Of a stretch of 64,000 bases of DNA, positions 27,301-39,300 are shown piece by piece. The stretch is from Lingula anatina. Its lineage: Eukaryota; Animalia; Brachiopoda. The stretch is from positions 23,374,001-23,438,000 of the forward strand of contig CM120642.1 in NCBI GenBank assembly GCA_051362555.1. Reading direction: 5' to 3'. The notes under the pieces were generated by a model, which was not told the origin of the DNA, did not search any database, and saw only the letters and a list, made by a program, of their open reading frames with translations. The stretch's first letter is position 1; each line of letters starts with the position of its first letter. Position numbers and translations under genes: made by a program.

Positions 27301-30300
27301 TTATAGCTAGTTTTGAAATAAGGAGTATCAGTGGCCCCCCAAAATTAAAGGAAAAATTATCACAGACACTTACCATGGAATGTAAAGCAAACAACTTGAT
27401 GGGGCATTTCCAGCCTCTGTGCTTTCTATCCTCAAATGGTAGTAAAAGGTCAAAGAACTCCTCAATAGTCACCTTGCCTGGAAAACAACAGTACCTGAGG
27501 CAAATGAGACAATTCACTACATCCAGCTAATACAAAATTAAATAATAATAGTAAAGTGATACACTAAATTAATTTTACATTTATGGGATAAAATGGTTCC
27601 ATTTGTGATACAACCTTATTTAAACTGATTAATAAAAGAAAGACAGCTGAAGGTTTCCTATTTGCCCCCTCCAGCCCCCATGATACCTTCCCTACATAAA
27701 TATATTTCTTTGCCTGATTAGAGATTATTATTTTGGTAAAAAAACTAACATCATCCTTTTATATATTATCAATATGCAACATTGATATTATTACAAAAAC
27801 ATTTTGTTGGATATATTCTAGACTAACAGAGCTCATTTAAGCTCAATGAAGAAAATGATAAAGCCTATCTAATTTAGAAAGATTAATACCATATGGTAAT
27901 CAATTTATACCCATGTTATGTGTGGTAGATAATTAAAAATTGGTGCTGACTATGCTGTTGATCATTATGTAATATTGCATCAAAATTGAAAAAAAACTCC
28001 TATTTGCACTGCCATTACAAATGTTATGAAAAAAAACTGTGTAACTTATTATTTTACAAAAATGAATCTTAGGATTGACATACAGCTTAAATAAAAAACC
28101 ATCTCTATTGGATTATCATTTTTTTTTGAATTTATGAAATTATTTGTGAAATTTTCATTTTTCTCACTCTGGCATTTTCAAAGTGTGAACTTATGCTGGT
28201 TACACACTATACTTATTTTTTTTTATATCTGTGTTGCCTCTTGTACATAATTAAATTTTGGTGTTGATTTTGCCAATAAGTATAATGTATTATTGCATCA
28301 GAATTGACAGTAGCCTATTTTGTGCATCATTATTTTCAGATTTTTGTCTGTACATTTGACAGTTTTGATGCCTTCTTCTTCCTTGATCAAACTTTGACAT
28401 TTTGTCGTCTCCCAAGGTAAAACAATATAGCTTAAGTCTTTATTACAACACAACACAAGCTTATGGCATGTTTTTTTTTATGACAACTGTCCATGTGTTG
28501 TCATTACAACACCAGGCCTTTTAAACACATTTACCAACACTACCCGCAGTATATCTCCTGAGTAGAGGCTATTCACCTGGATAGCCTCATTCCCTGAAGA
28601 TGTCCTGATAGACATCGAAATATTGGAGGTAAAACCTATCTCAATATTAGCTGTTGACTGAAGAAAAAATCACATCATTCTGACCAATCAGAATTTTCTC
28701 ATATAAGTTTTCTCACTTAAATTTTTTTTTTTCATTTATAGTATTTACTTCATCAATGGCAGTGTAGTACATGTTAAAATTCCAGACAGCAAAATCATGT
28801 GTGGGTTGCAATGAGTCACTTTTTAAATGTACTTGCTGATGTCACATCTGTTAAAATACATGTGATATGAATGTGGAGTTACGCATGTAAATGCTCACAT
28901 CAAGATATCTGAACTTACCAGGTAGAAAAACCAAGATGCTCTCCCCAGGTACTGCGGACAACCTGATCAGAGTGAGAGCCAGGTCATATTCTAGATCTGT
29001 GACAGAGCTACCTTTGGCCAGCCTCTTTCCTACCGCATTGTACAAATTAGCATCCTTCAACTCCAGTAAAAACTCTTTCATGGGCTGGTCACTGAAAAAA
29101 GGTATGATATTTTTGAAATGGTCAGTATGGCCAAAATGATACCTTTGTATGGTCAAATGTCCTCTTAAAAAACAAAAATGCAATTTAGAAGAGTTAATTT
29201 TAAAATTGTTTTTTAAACAATTATTCTACTTGGAGCCGTATTTATGTAATAGGGTACATGTATTCACATGTATATGTAAGTATATAATAGTACATTGTGC
29301 CTAAAGTATAGTAAAAGTAAAGCAAGAGTATATAAATAGATGTAATGAATATGTATAGCTGGTGTTAGTGCCCTTTTTGTGTCACGTGGGTCATGTGACC
29401 CTCTACTATAAAAAGCTGTTGGCACGTAATTCGAGAGAGATACACCAGAGATCGGATGTGAAGAAAGTACTGTATTTTATGTAAGATCAGTCGGAATAAA
29501 GACTCTGAAAGGACAATACATTTGTTGTCGTGCCACGGTTGCATTTGGTTCTAACAGTCAATCTGGCAAACAATAGGATAATAAGTAGAATGGTTAAACT
29601 TTTCTTTTGTTAGTATTAATTGATAGACCCTCTTACATACTAATTAATGGCATAATCACCACCAGGGTTTTCAAATTGGTAAATGAAAAGATGTTTTTCA
29701 GGTTAAAAAATACAAGGACCTCAGATATGAAATAATGTTCTTACAAACCGCGTGCTGAGTGATCAAGTGCAACTACAGAAAGGCTGGAATGCACCGTATC
29801 AATAAAGGCTTATGCCTATTTCAAATATTATATTGCTACTTATTATCTATTCTTAGTTTTTTTTTTCATTCAGGGTGACTCCTGAATCATAAAACAAAAA
29901 TTACACATATATTTAACAGTTATAAAGAATTTAATACCTAGGATCATCTGACGTCAAGTAGTGTGCTGGGGTCGTCTGGTTGTACTTCATGATCCGAGTG
30001 GCGAGTTTCACTTTCTGAAATGATGTCAGGTCTGAACCAAACCTCTGGTTAATGTTCTCCAGGTAGACCAGCTCCACGGGATATCTCTTGGTGCCAACAA
30101 ATATAGATGCCTGGGACATCAGTTTGATTTCCTCTTCTTTGGCAAAATACCTGAAGAAAAATAAAAAAAAAATAATTGAAGGCAAAATATCTAAGATAAT
30201 ATTTAGGAGAATATAAATTGAGAGAATTTATGGCAAAATACAAGCAACATTATATTAATGAGTGAAAATATCAAGGAGAACAGATGAGGAAACCAATAAA

Positions 30301-33300
30301 AATATCTGGGAGAATAAGTGGAAACTGTGGCAACAGTCATTTCTAAAAGATAAACAATAAATTCAATGGATCTGTGGCAAAATAATCACTTTTCATAATG
30401 AAGAAATTGACCGCTTAAACTACGTAAAAGAATGTGTGGTTGAAAATCAAACATGGAAAAAAATTAAACTGACAAAAACGATAACACTATAAAATTTCAA
30501 TTTTCCCCTGCTCTGTCAGACATACTTCAAGAATAAATCCCCCTGGATAGTGGCTGACATGAGCACTATTTTGATGTCAGGATTGTTTTGGGCGAGTAGT
30601 TTAATGATCAGACAGAGCATGTCTGATTCCAGTTCTCTCACATGGACCTCATCCAGTATTAGGTGGGTGAAAGTCTTCAGCCTGGCAGGGTCATGAACCA
30701 GGGCCTAAAACAAACATGAAAACTGTAGTCATCGTCGTTGTCGTCATAGTAGTAATAGTCATAAGACTGAATAATCATTTCCCTCCATCTGCTACAGTCA
30801 TACATTTAACAACTTAAAGACAAAACTTTGGCATGAAATGCATTATTCTTGAAGAATTGCACACCGTTTCTAAAAAAGTCACATTTGTCATCCATCCGAC
30901 ATCTATTTATCTATTTACTCATTCATTTGTTCATTCATTTCCACAAATTAAAACAATATACAAATTTTAAAATTTAAAGGTTGAATTACTTAAAAGTATG
31001 ATGTAAAATAAATCTGCTCTCTTTTTCAGATATAATTCTTCATACCCTGATGATAAACCCTGTTGTCACAAAGAGTATGCTGGTGCTATTGCTGGCCTGG
31101 TAGTCTTGGCCTATCTTGTAACCTACTTCTGTCCCCAATGTGCTGTGCCTCTCTCTCGCCACCCTCTCTGCCAAGGTTTTGGCAGCCATACGTCTTGGCT
31201 GAGTGACAATAATACTGGGCTTTCTGCCCACTCCTCTGTAATAAATAAAGATTATTTTTATTTATCAATAAAAACCACAACATCATTTGCCTTGTGTTCA
31301 TGATAATCAATACAGACTACTCTAAGCCAGCCTGTTTCTAACAAATAGACAATTCACTGACAATTCCAATCACTCCTGTCACATCTGAAAATATATCTGG
31401 CAAACAACCTAGACAAATATAATAATAATAATAATAATGTAAACAAACACAAAGTACAAGTGAATCAAAATATAGAATTACTTCACATTTCAAAAAGCAC
31501 TACATAAAGGTTTAACATGCATTGTGTAACTTTTCCCTTTGGTAATCCTCTCCTTAATTACCTTGTCCGGTAGTCATCCAGTATAAACTGTGGCACTTGA
31601 GTGGACTTCCCAGACCCTGTCTCCCCTTCTATACAAGTGACACGATGAGTGGCAATATGCTCAATCACTATGTCTCTGTACTTCAATATGGGCAGTTCCT
31701 CAATACCTGGAAAATGTATTTTCTTCAGTGAAAACAAAGACACTAGTAATGAGAAACCTGAGCATCCATTTCAACTATTTTGACCAAAACTGTCTACAGA
31801 TAAAATGCTTTCCTTCTGGCAAATGTAATAAAATTCTTACATTTCTAGCAATGACAAAAATGTTGGATCAAGTGAGCAATGTGTTTCTCGAGATGCTGTT
31901 TAATTGCAGGATTTACTATAATTAAGCTAGATCTTAGCCTACAATGGAAAAGACATATTTGAGATCTAAACTAAATCCCCCATAGTGAACAAATTACTTA
32001 TGAAGTCAATTTGTTCGTAAGTCTAAGGGCTCATTCCCATTGCAAACATCATTCTAAGTATATCAATCTAACTCTGCAGGGACTGCTTATTTTTCAGCTA
32101 TGTATGGTCATGTGTCCTGAACTTGTCTAATTTGTGTTACATTTAAACTTAACTGCTGTGTGGGTTTCCTTTGGAACATAATCATAAAACTGAAACCACT
32201 TGTCATAGTATATATTCTGAAAGGCTCTTTCAAGAAGAATTGTGATGTTGTGCAAAAGAAAAATATTTCAGTTTACGTAACATAGCCAGGATATTTGCAG
32301 ACCAGTTCAGGACACATGACGGTATAAGCAACAAAGATACAGCAAAACTAGAACAACATTGAAAAGCACCTTCGGAGTCAGGATGTAATATATCTTGAGG
32401 GTCTTCATCAAATTCTCCTATATCATCTGCAAGTAAAGCTTCCTCTTCCTCAGCTCCATCTATACTACAGTCTTCATTCCCATCTGCCTCCTCAACAAAA
32501 TGGAATTTGTTCAGACAGTCCCTAAAGATTCTTTTCACACCTGCACTGAGGAGGCTGTTGTTTTGGACAATGTTCCAAAGTTTCCCCACAACTTCTTGGC
32601 TCACTACTTCTTTTCTCCCTGTTTGAACATAATAAACAAACTTCAATGTTGTTGTTCAGTAACTGGACCTTGTACTTTCATCAAGGTTTTAATCATATTT
32701 TAATTCATTCCTTGTATATTTTCCACAGATGAAATTTCATACGGGGTATATTCAGTTAATGCAGGGAGTTCCAGCAAAAACTGGAAATAAATACTGCAGC
32801 ATTATCAAAAATAATTATAAAAAAATTTGAATATCTTGTGAGCATTATTTAGTATCCTTGAACACATGTACATGTAAATAAGAAAATTACTTAGATAATA
32901 ATATCATTCATGGAATCGCCAACAAATTACTCATTTGTCACCAAATTAATAATAATAATAATACCAAACTTGCTTTATTCTTACCCTCTGATATCAGATG
33001 GATCTCTAGAATAGACTACAAAATTAAAGGCCCCTGTCTAGTCATGTAACTACCCACCCCTAGCTGCCCCTTAAACAGGCACTCATGATCAGCTACAGAG
33101 GAGGATAAATTGTGAGGTTGGGCATAGCTAGGATATAGTTCTGTATGTTTTAGGGCATTACCACTCAGCTGGACATATCATATGGAGTAGGTCTGAGGCC
33201 ATACTTCACTTGCATCACATAACGTAGATAGGAAAGTGTGCTATTCAACACCTAGATGTGAAATTGCCCCCTGCTTACAAATACAAAGGTATGTCTGACG

Positions 33301-36300
33301 TGAAATGCATTCTTCTTGACCAATTCCTACAGAGCCCAAAACAATAGTTTTGTAAAAGACTATTAGTAGCCAGAGAGTAGTTTATTGCATATTAGTCATT
33401 TTCACAAGGTAACTCTCTTTTAGATTTCAGCAGAAAATAGTGCAATATGACGTCTTAAACTGGGTTCCCATCCCTAGATCGATCTAATAGAATTGGTCAA
33501 TCTCCACGGGGTCCCTTGCTAAATGGCTTAGACATCTGGGACGCCCACTAAAACTGCTAAACAATAGTTAATTATCCCCTATCAGCCTCAGCAGGCATGA
33601 CAGACATCTAAGCAGCCAAAGTTAATTGCAATTAAGCGAGAATCCCCTTGGAGTTAGTTCGATCCAAAGTTAGTACGATGGGTCTCGAAATTTTCTTTTA
33701 GAGTACCTTCAATGATCCAATGGTAATAAAGTATAAAGTAGCGTCCAATGTATATATCCTTGGGTTCTGGGAACTCTTCACTGATTTGCAGGAACTGGGC
33801 AAGGAAATGGGTCCAGTCTACCACTTTCTGTATAATAATTAAAAATAATAAGAATGACAAAATGCAGATACATGTTAAAACTGGTATATGAAGTAAAACC
33901 CAAGTACCACGAATGACTTTCTCTATTTTTACCTACACAACAGGTTTTGTTAATTGTGTTTATAACTCCATTTAATGGTCAAAGACTCAGAAATAAGCAA
34001 TAACCCTGATAGAATATATAAATTATTTTTGAAAACAATTGTAATATTATCAATGAAAGCATATATTTGTATAGTTTAACCTTTTTTTAACTCAAACCTT
34101 TCCCCAAAGAGTACAACTGACAAACATTCCAAACCCTATCAACAATGCAACACACATGTAATATACATAATTATCTTACTATACAGTACATATACATGTA
34201 CCTGAAACCATGATCCGCCTATAATAAGACTCCTCAGGACAGGGTTCACTTGTTTGTATTTGAACTTCTTTTCAGGGGCACAAGTTGGTTTTGTTCCCCC
34301 ACTGAAAGTCATGGCTGCCAGAATCAGAAACTCAGTTGGTGTAATATTGAATTTGTACTTTTGGTTCAGACACAGAAGATGGTTCAAGGCATATGCAGAA
34401 AAGGCATCTTTGGTGGCCATTGAATCAAAGAAGCTTGGGCCTCCTAAAATTACAAGAGGGTTAAAAAAATTACACCTTAGAGAAGACTTTTAAATTAATA
34501 ATTATATAGCCACACACTATGTTCATACACATTGTCAGAATTTAGTTAACATAGTGATTCCAGATTAATGTGACAGGCAAAACTACATACATTAATTGAT
34601 AAATGTGTGTTTTGAGAGATATTAAAATGTACAACTTACGAAGTATTTCATTTTCAACTATGTATATGAAATTAATACACATTATTAATACACATAAAAT
34701 ACATCAAACTTCAGTGAAAGTTACAAGTACCTGAACCTAATCAATTTTTGTTTCATTCCTTTTTTGGACAAAAAATCAACTCTATCATACAGTTAAACCT
34801 TCTAGTGATGCACCTAGCTGCCCCTTAAACAGGCACTCATGATCAGCTACAGAGGAGGATACATTGTGGGGTTGGGCATAACTAGGATATAGTTTCGTAT
34901 GTTTTAGAGCATTAATAATTCTTTTCATTCAAATCTCCAGGAATATAGCAGTGCAACTTCCAAAGTTTAATAATAGTAATATCAATTAGAGAATCAGAGA
35001 GGCGATACCGCCTCCTAGTATTGTACCACCAGCTGGAGTAAGCACATTTGTATGAAAAACAAGGGACACCATCTCCAGTGTTGTGCTTGACAAGCTCTAC
35101 CAAATGCAGTTAACAAGAGTTCCAATTTTTTGTTGAAAATTACAATTTATAACAAAATCATGGGGAAAAGGAAAAGGTCAAATCCAAATTTGTGAAGTGT
35201 GGTTCATGGCAAAAAGTACATGCTGGTGGTACTAATAATAGCAGCATGAAGAAAAAGAACAACAACAATAACACTGGATAAAATTTTACAGGAATTGGTA
35301 AAGTGACTAAGGACCAGCTAGCTGTGCAAGTTTCCAAGAAATGTTTATCTGTTAAGCACGTATGTAATAAATATCATATAATAGTATTCTTTTTACTCAG
35401 GAGTAAAAAATGATACACATCAGAGATCCTTCATATTTAGAATTTGTGATGCTGGCAACCCGTGACATTGGCCATTATACATGGAGCAGTACACTTAATT
35501 AGCGATACATTCTGTACCAGTAATACTCTGAGGGGTTCTTAATGTATTATTACACCACAGGCTTTTTTTCCTTTTCACAAGTTCTTCTTTAGTTCACTTT
35601 TTGATGTATACTTTTAGGAATATATGAGGCCTGCTGCAAAATTGCAACAAATTTGCTGCAACATTGCTACAAATTGGTATCAGCAATAAAATTTTTCTTG
35701 CAAACTCATTGCTGCAATATTGCAGCAAACTTTTCATTTTGCTAAGGGTAGTTAACCTCACTGACCACACTGTCGTTCGTATGTGGAAGCTCCATTTAGC
35801 GGACTCTAAGACTGGGTTCCCATATCTAGATTTATCCAACAGGATTGGTCTAACTACTAACTTTTGTGCACGCTCAACCTCCAGTAGTTAATTACCCCCT
35901 AACAGCTTTAGTAGGCGTGACAGACATTTAAGCTGCTTAAGTTGATAGCAATTCAGTGAGAATCCCCTTGGAGATAGATTGATCAAAAGTTAGTATGATA
36001 GTCTCTGGGAATCATCTCTTAGGTTTAGATAGATACCGGTAAATGTAACAGCCAGGGCCCAGTTTTATAAAGGACGTTTAGCACTAACCAGTGTATAAGC
36101 CTAACCAGTGGATAAATTCTCCTAATACCCATTAACTAAAAGATGGTTAAATTGTTTTTCATATACAGTGTTCAAACAGCCAATCAGTTAGCTGGCCAGT
36201 GTTTAACTGGATAAAATACTTATTTAAAGGTGAATTAACTAACGGACTGTTTAAACACTGTTTATAAAACAATTTCATTTATCAGGGTTTAGGAGAATTT

Positions 36301-39300
36301 ATACACCGGTTAGAGTTAAACACTGGTTAGTGCTATACGTTCTTTATAAAACTGGGCCCAGGATGTAAAATAAAGTTGACAGTCTCTTAAAGTGTACCTG
36401 TATAGACTCTATCAATGAATGAGCAAAAATGTGCATTAGCTTGGTAATTGGATCATAAATGAAAATTATCAAACACAAGCCGGAGATCTTCATACCATCA
36501 GCTTACAGCCAATCATATATTATAAGAGGGTCCTGGCTGCTATACCACTTAGCCGTCATTGAGTAATAACAACATCTCACATCAGTCTGATGAAGGCTTA
36601 TGTCCAGGTTGGCTGTAATGTAACAGTATGAAGCATTTTTGGCTTGAGTTTGATAAATTTCATTTATGATGTATCAATGAAGTTTACTGCTCACTGTAAA
36701 AAGGGCCATGGCACTATATACTACAACAGTGGTAGGTATTATTTACTTGTGAGTGCACAAGGGCTACAGGTCTGTAAATCCTCTCCCAGCTCACACATCA
36801 CACGATCAAACAGTTTGTACCGTGTCTCTACTGAAATGCTGTCTACCTCATTCACAGCAGGCAAATATGGAAGTGGTGGGCACATAACCTGAAAAAAAAA
36901 GGACAACATATTATAAGACATAATGTAGAAGACACTGAGAAGTTTACCATTAAGGATCTCTTCTCCTCCCTACAAAGAAAAACATAATGAAAGCAAACAA
37001 GCAAAATCAAGCAATTTCCCAACCCTTGTGCTCTACGTATACTGCACAACTTATTCAAGTTGAAGATATTTAAAGCAAATCTCGACTTCTGTTTCATATT
37101 TGCCAAGCGAGTGCAGCACAGGATTTTATTCTTGTGCATCTAAACATTAAGAAATACCTTAAATTTGATCTGCCAGTGATGTGTGTGTTTAAATAACATA
37201 AAAACGCCAATCTTCAGACATCCCCCATTTATCTTGAAATACGTCTGTATACATTTATTCTTACTTTGAGTGACTTGAATCTGTTGTCATCTGCAGTCCT
37301 TCCATACTCTGTAATCTCTTTCACTCTCAGCATGCCACACAAGACCTTTATGATAAAAACCCATTTTTATTAGATAAATTATTCTTAACTACTGGATTCT
37401 TTTTACACTCTACTTCTGAATTATAAAGAGAAAACTTAGGCTTCATTCACATGCAATGTCTATTTTCTAAATTCTATTTTCTATTCGCGGTATGTCTTAT
37501 GATCACGGTCTGTGCCCTGAATATCCCGCAGCGTAATTACTGGCAGCGCGAGCCAGTTACTATAAGTTACTATAAGTAACTGGCTCGCGCTGCCAGTAAT
37601 TACGCGGCGGGATATTCAGGGCACAGACCGTGATCATAAGATAGCGCGAATAGAAAATAGATTTTTAGAAAATAGACATTCCATGTGAACGAAGCCTTAG
37701 TGGTAAAATCAAAAATTCTTAATTATAAACAAATTATACGTAGCATTTATCATAACTGCACGTCAGCGTAAACACAAATCTGAAATACCTTCCTGAGAGA
37801 CACCACAGATCTCTCAATCCCAGGCTTTCCCATGGTCATCTCCTCAAACACAAGTCTATACCAGTAGATACCATTACGCAGTGAAAGAACACGATCACGG
37901 AGGTCACCTTTAGCTATCCTCTTCTCTAAGTACTCATCCAATTCCAAGCTGACACAAGATGGAGTTCTGTCTGCCTCTGACTTGATCCACCGTTTTGGCT
38001 TAGGTGTGCTACTGGCAACGTTTCCTGTAGCCACACCATAGAACTGTCGAGAGTACTCCACAGCTGATCTGAATCTGTCATTGGAATTCTAGAATATGCA
38101 ATGAATCAGTGTTTAAAAGAACATTACTTTATATTTTCTGAAGCCATTTATCTCTGCTGCATACAGAGAGAGGTACTATTCAACTTTCTCATAATTCTGA
38201 GCCTTGAACATTAAGAAAATTCAAAATTAGTCTAATGCTATATATATAACTGAAAATAAAAGATTAAAAAGATAAAAGATTAACTGTATCACTTTAAAAC
38301 AGTCCTCTTATAACTGTAATAAATGAATGTTTTATAAAAATTTGTGTAATTATTAGAATAGATAAGATAAAATCATATCATCAATCTACAAATGTAATGA
38401 ATAAGCACCATGCAAAGTCACACTATTAATATCTTTAACATTTTTAGTACAAATGTACATGCACATATCCATTATTATACAACAAAAAAATTAGGCACCA
38501 TCAATTCCCACACTTCGTCAATGCTTTCTAGTTTCTTTTCCTTCTCAGCTGTGAGGCTTTTGAACATCTCTACTGTTTTGATGAAACTACGGTGTTGAAC
38601 ACAAAGTGTTTCCACAAACGGTTTGCTGAAGTCATTTCCCCTCAGAATACACACATCTACCAACTCAGCATGGGATGCAAGCTTTAAAAGATACATATAA
38701 ACAGACTACATTACATGATCATTGGCTTGATCAAGTCTTTTACATGTATGTCTGCATGCACACAGAACTCCTGAAAACAATATCCACCTGTAATTTCTTT
38801 GTACTTAATAACTGTGCTACATTACATGACAGTAGCATTTTTGAACAGAACAACAGAAGGTTGTTCCCTTTACATACATGTATATCCTATTACCAAAGTT
38901 GGAATGAACAAATAGAATATTTACTCAAATCATCTTAAGATTTTGTGATAACAATCCTTTATCAATAATCAACTAAACAATTGCATACCTTCAAAAACTG
39001 AGTCACCTTTGCTGGAGTAATGACCCCAACTTTCAAAGATTTCAAGGCCATATTTGTGTTCCATATTCTGTGAAAAGTTTTATCCAGATCAAATAACTCA
39101 AAGGGTATAAATCTAGCACCTTTCATCACACAGAAGTCTGAATCATTTCCTAGGATGGCAAAAGCCTTGTCATCAGACACCATGTATTCTGCCATTACAT
39201 CATCTGCCTCTCCCTACAGTATATTACTTCCACTTGATCATGATGAAGTGCAGTTAAAACCTGTTGCTTAAGAAGCACAGGTGAAGGTACATAGTGCCCA

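Larger units (their letters stand above)
9200..31706 (-). other. DEAH/RHA helicase core and HA2 exons
   Basis: LPI..., motif I GETGSGKSTQVPQ, Ia TQPRRMAA, VGYKIG, Ib TTG, II ILDEVH, III MSAT, IV ILVFLPG, LHS, V ATNVAESSLT, VI QRKGRAGR, then winged helix/HA2 (EPP...LANLGAI...ITTLG...LPV...AASL...DPF). Confidence 0.93.

Noticed and set aside
9200-31706. Calling the helicase TDRD9/spindle-E, DHX36 or YTHDC2
   Set aside because: No Tudor, YTH, ankyrin or R3H domain is recognisable, and the N-terminal PIN-like domain does not fit. Orthology needs a phylogeny.
32700-32780. Alternative upstream acceptor (TTTCCAG at ~32781) for a helicase-gene exon
   Set aside because: It runs into stop codons in the required phase. 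The acceptor at 32619-32620 keeps the frame.
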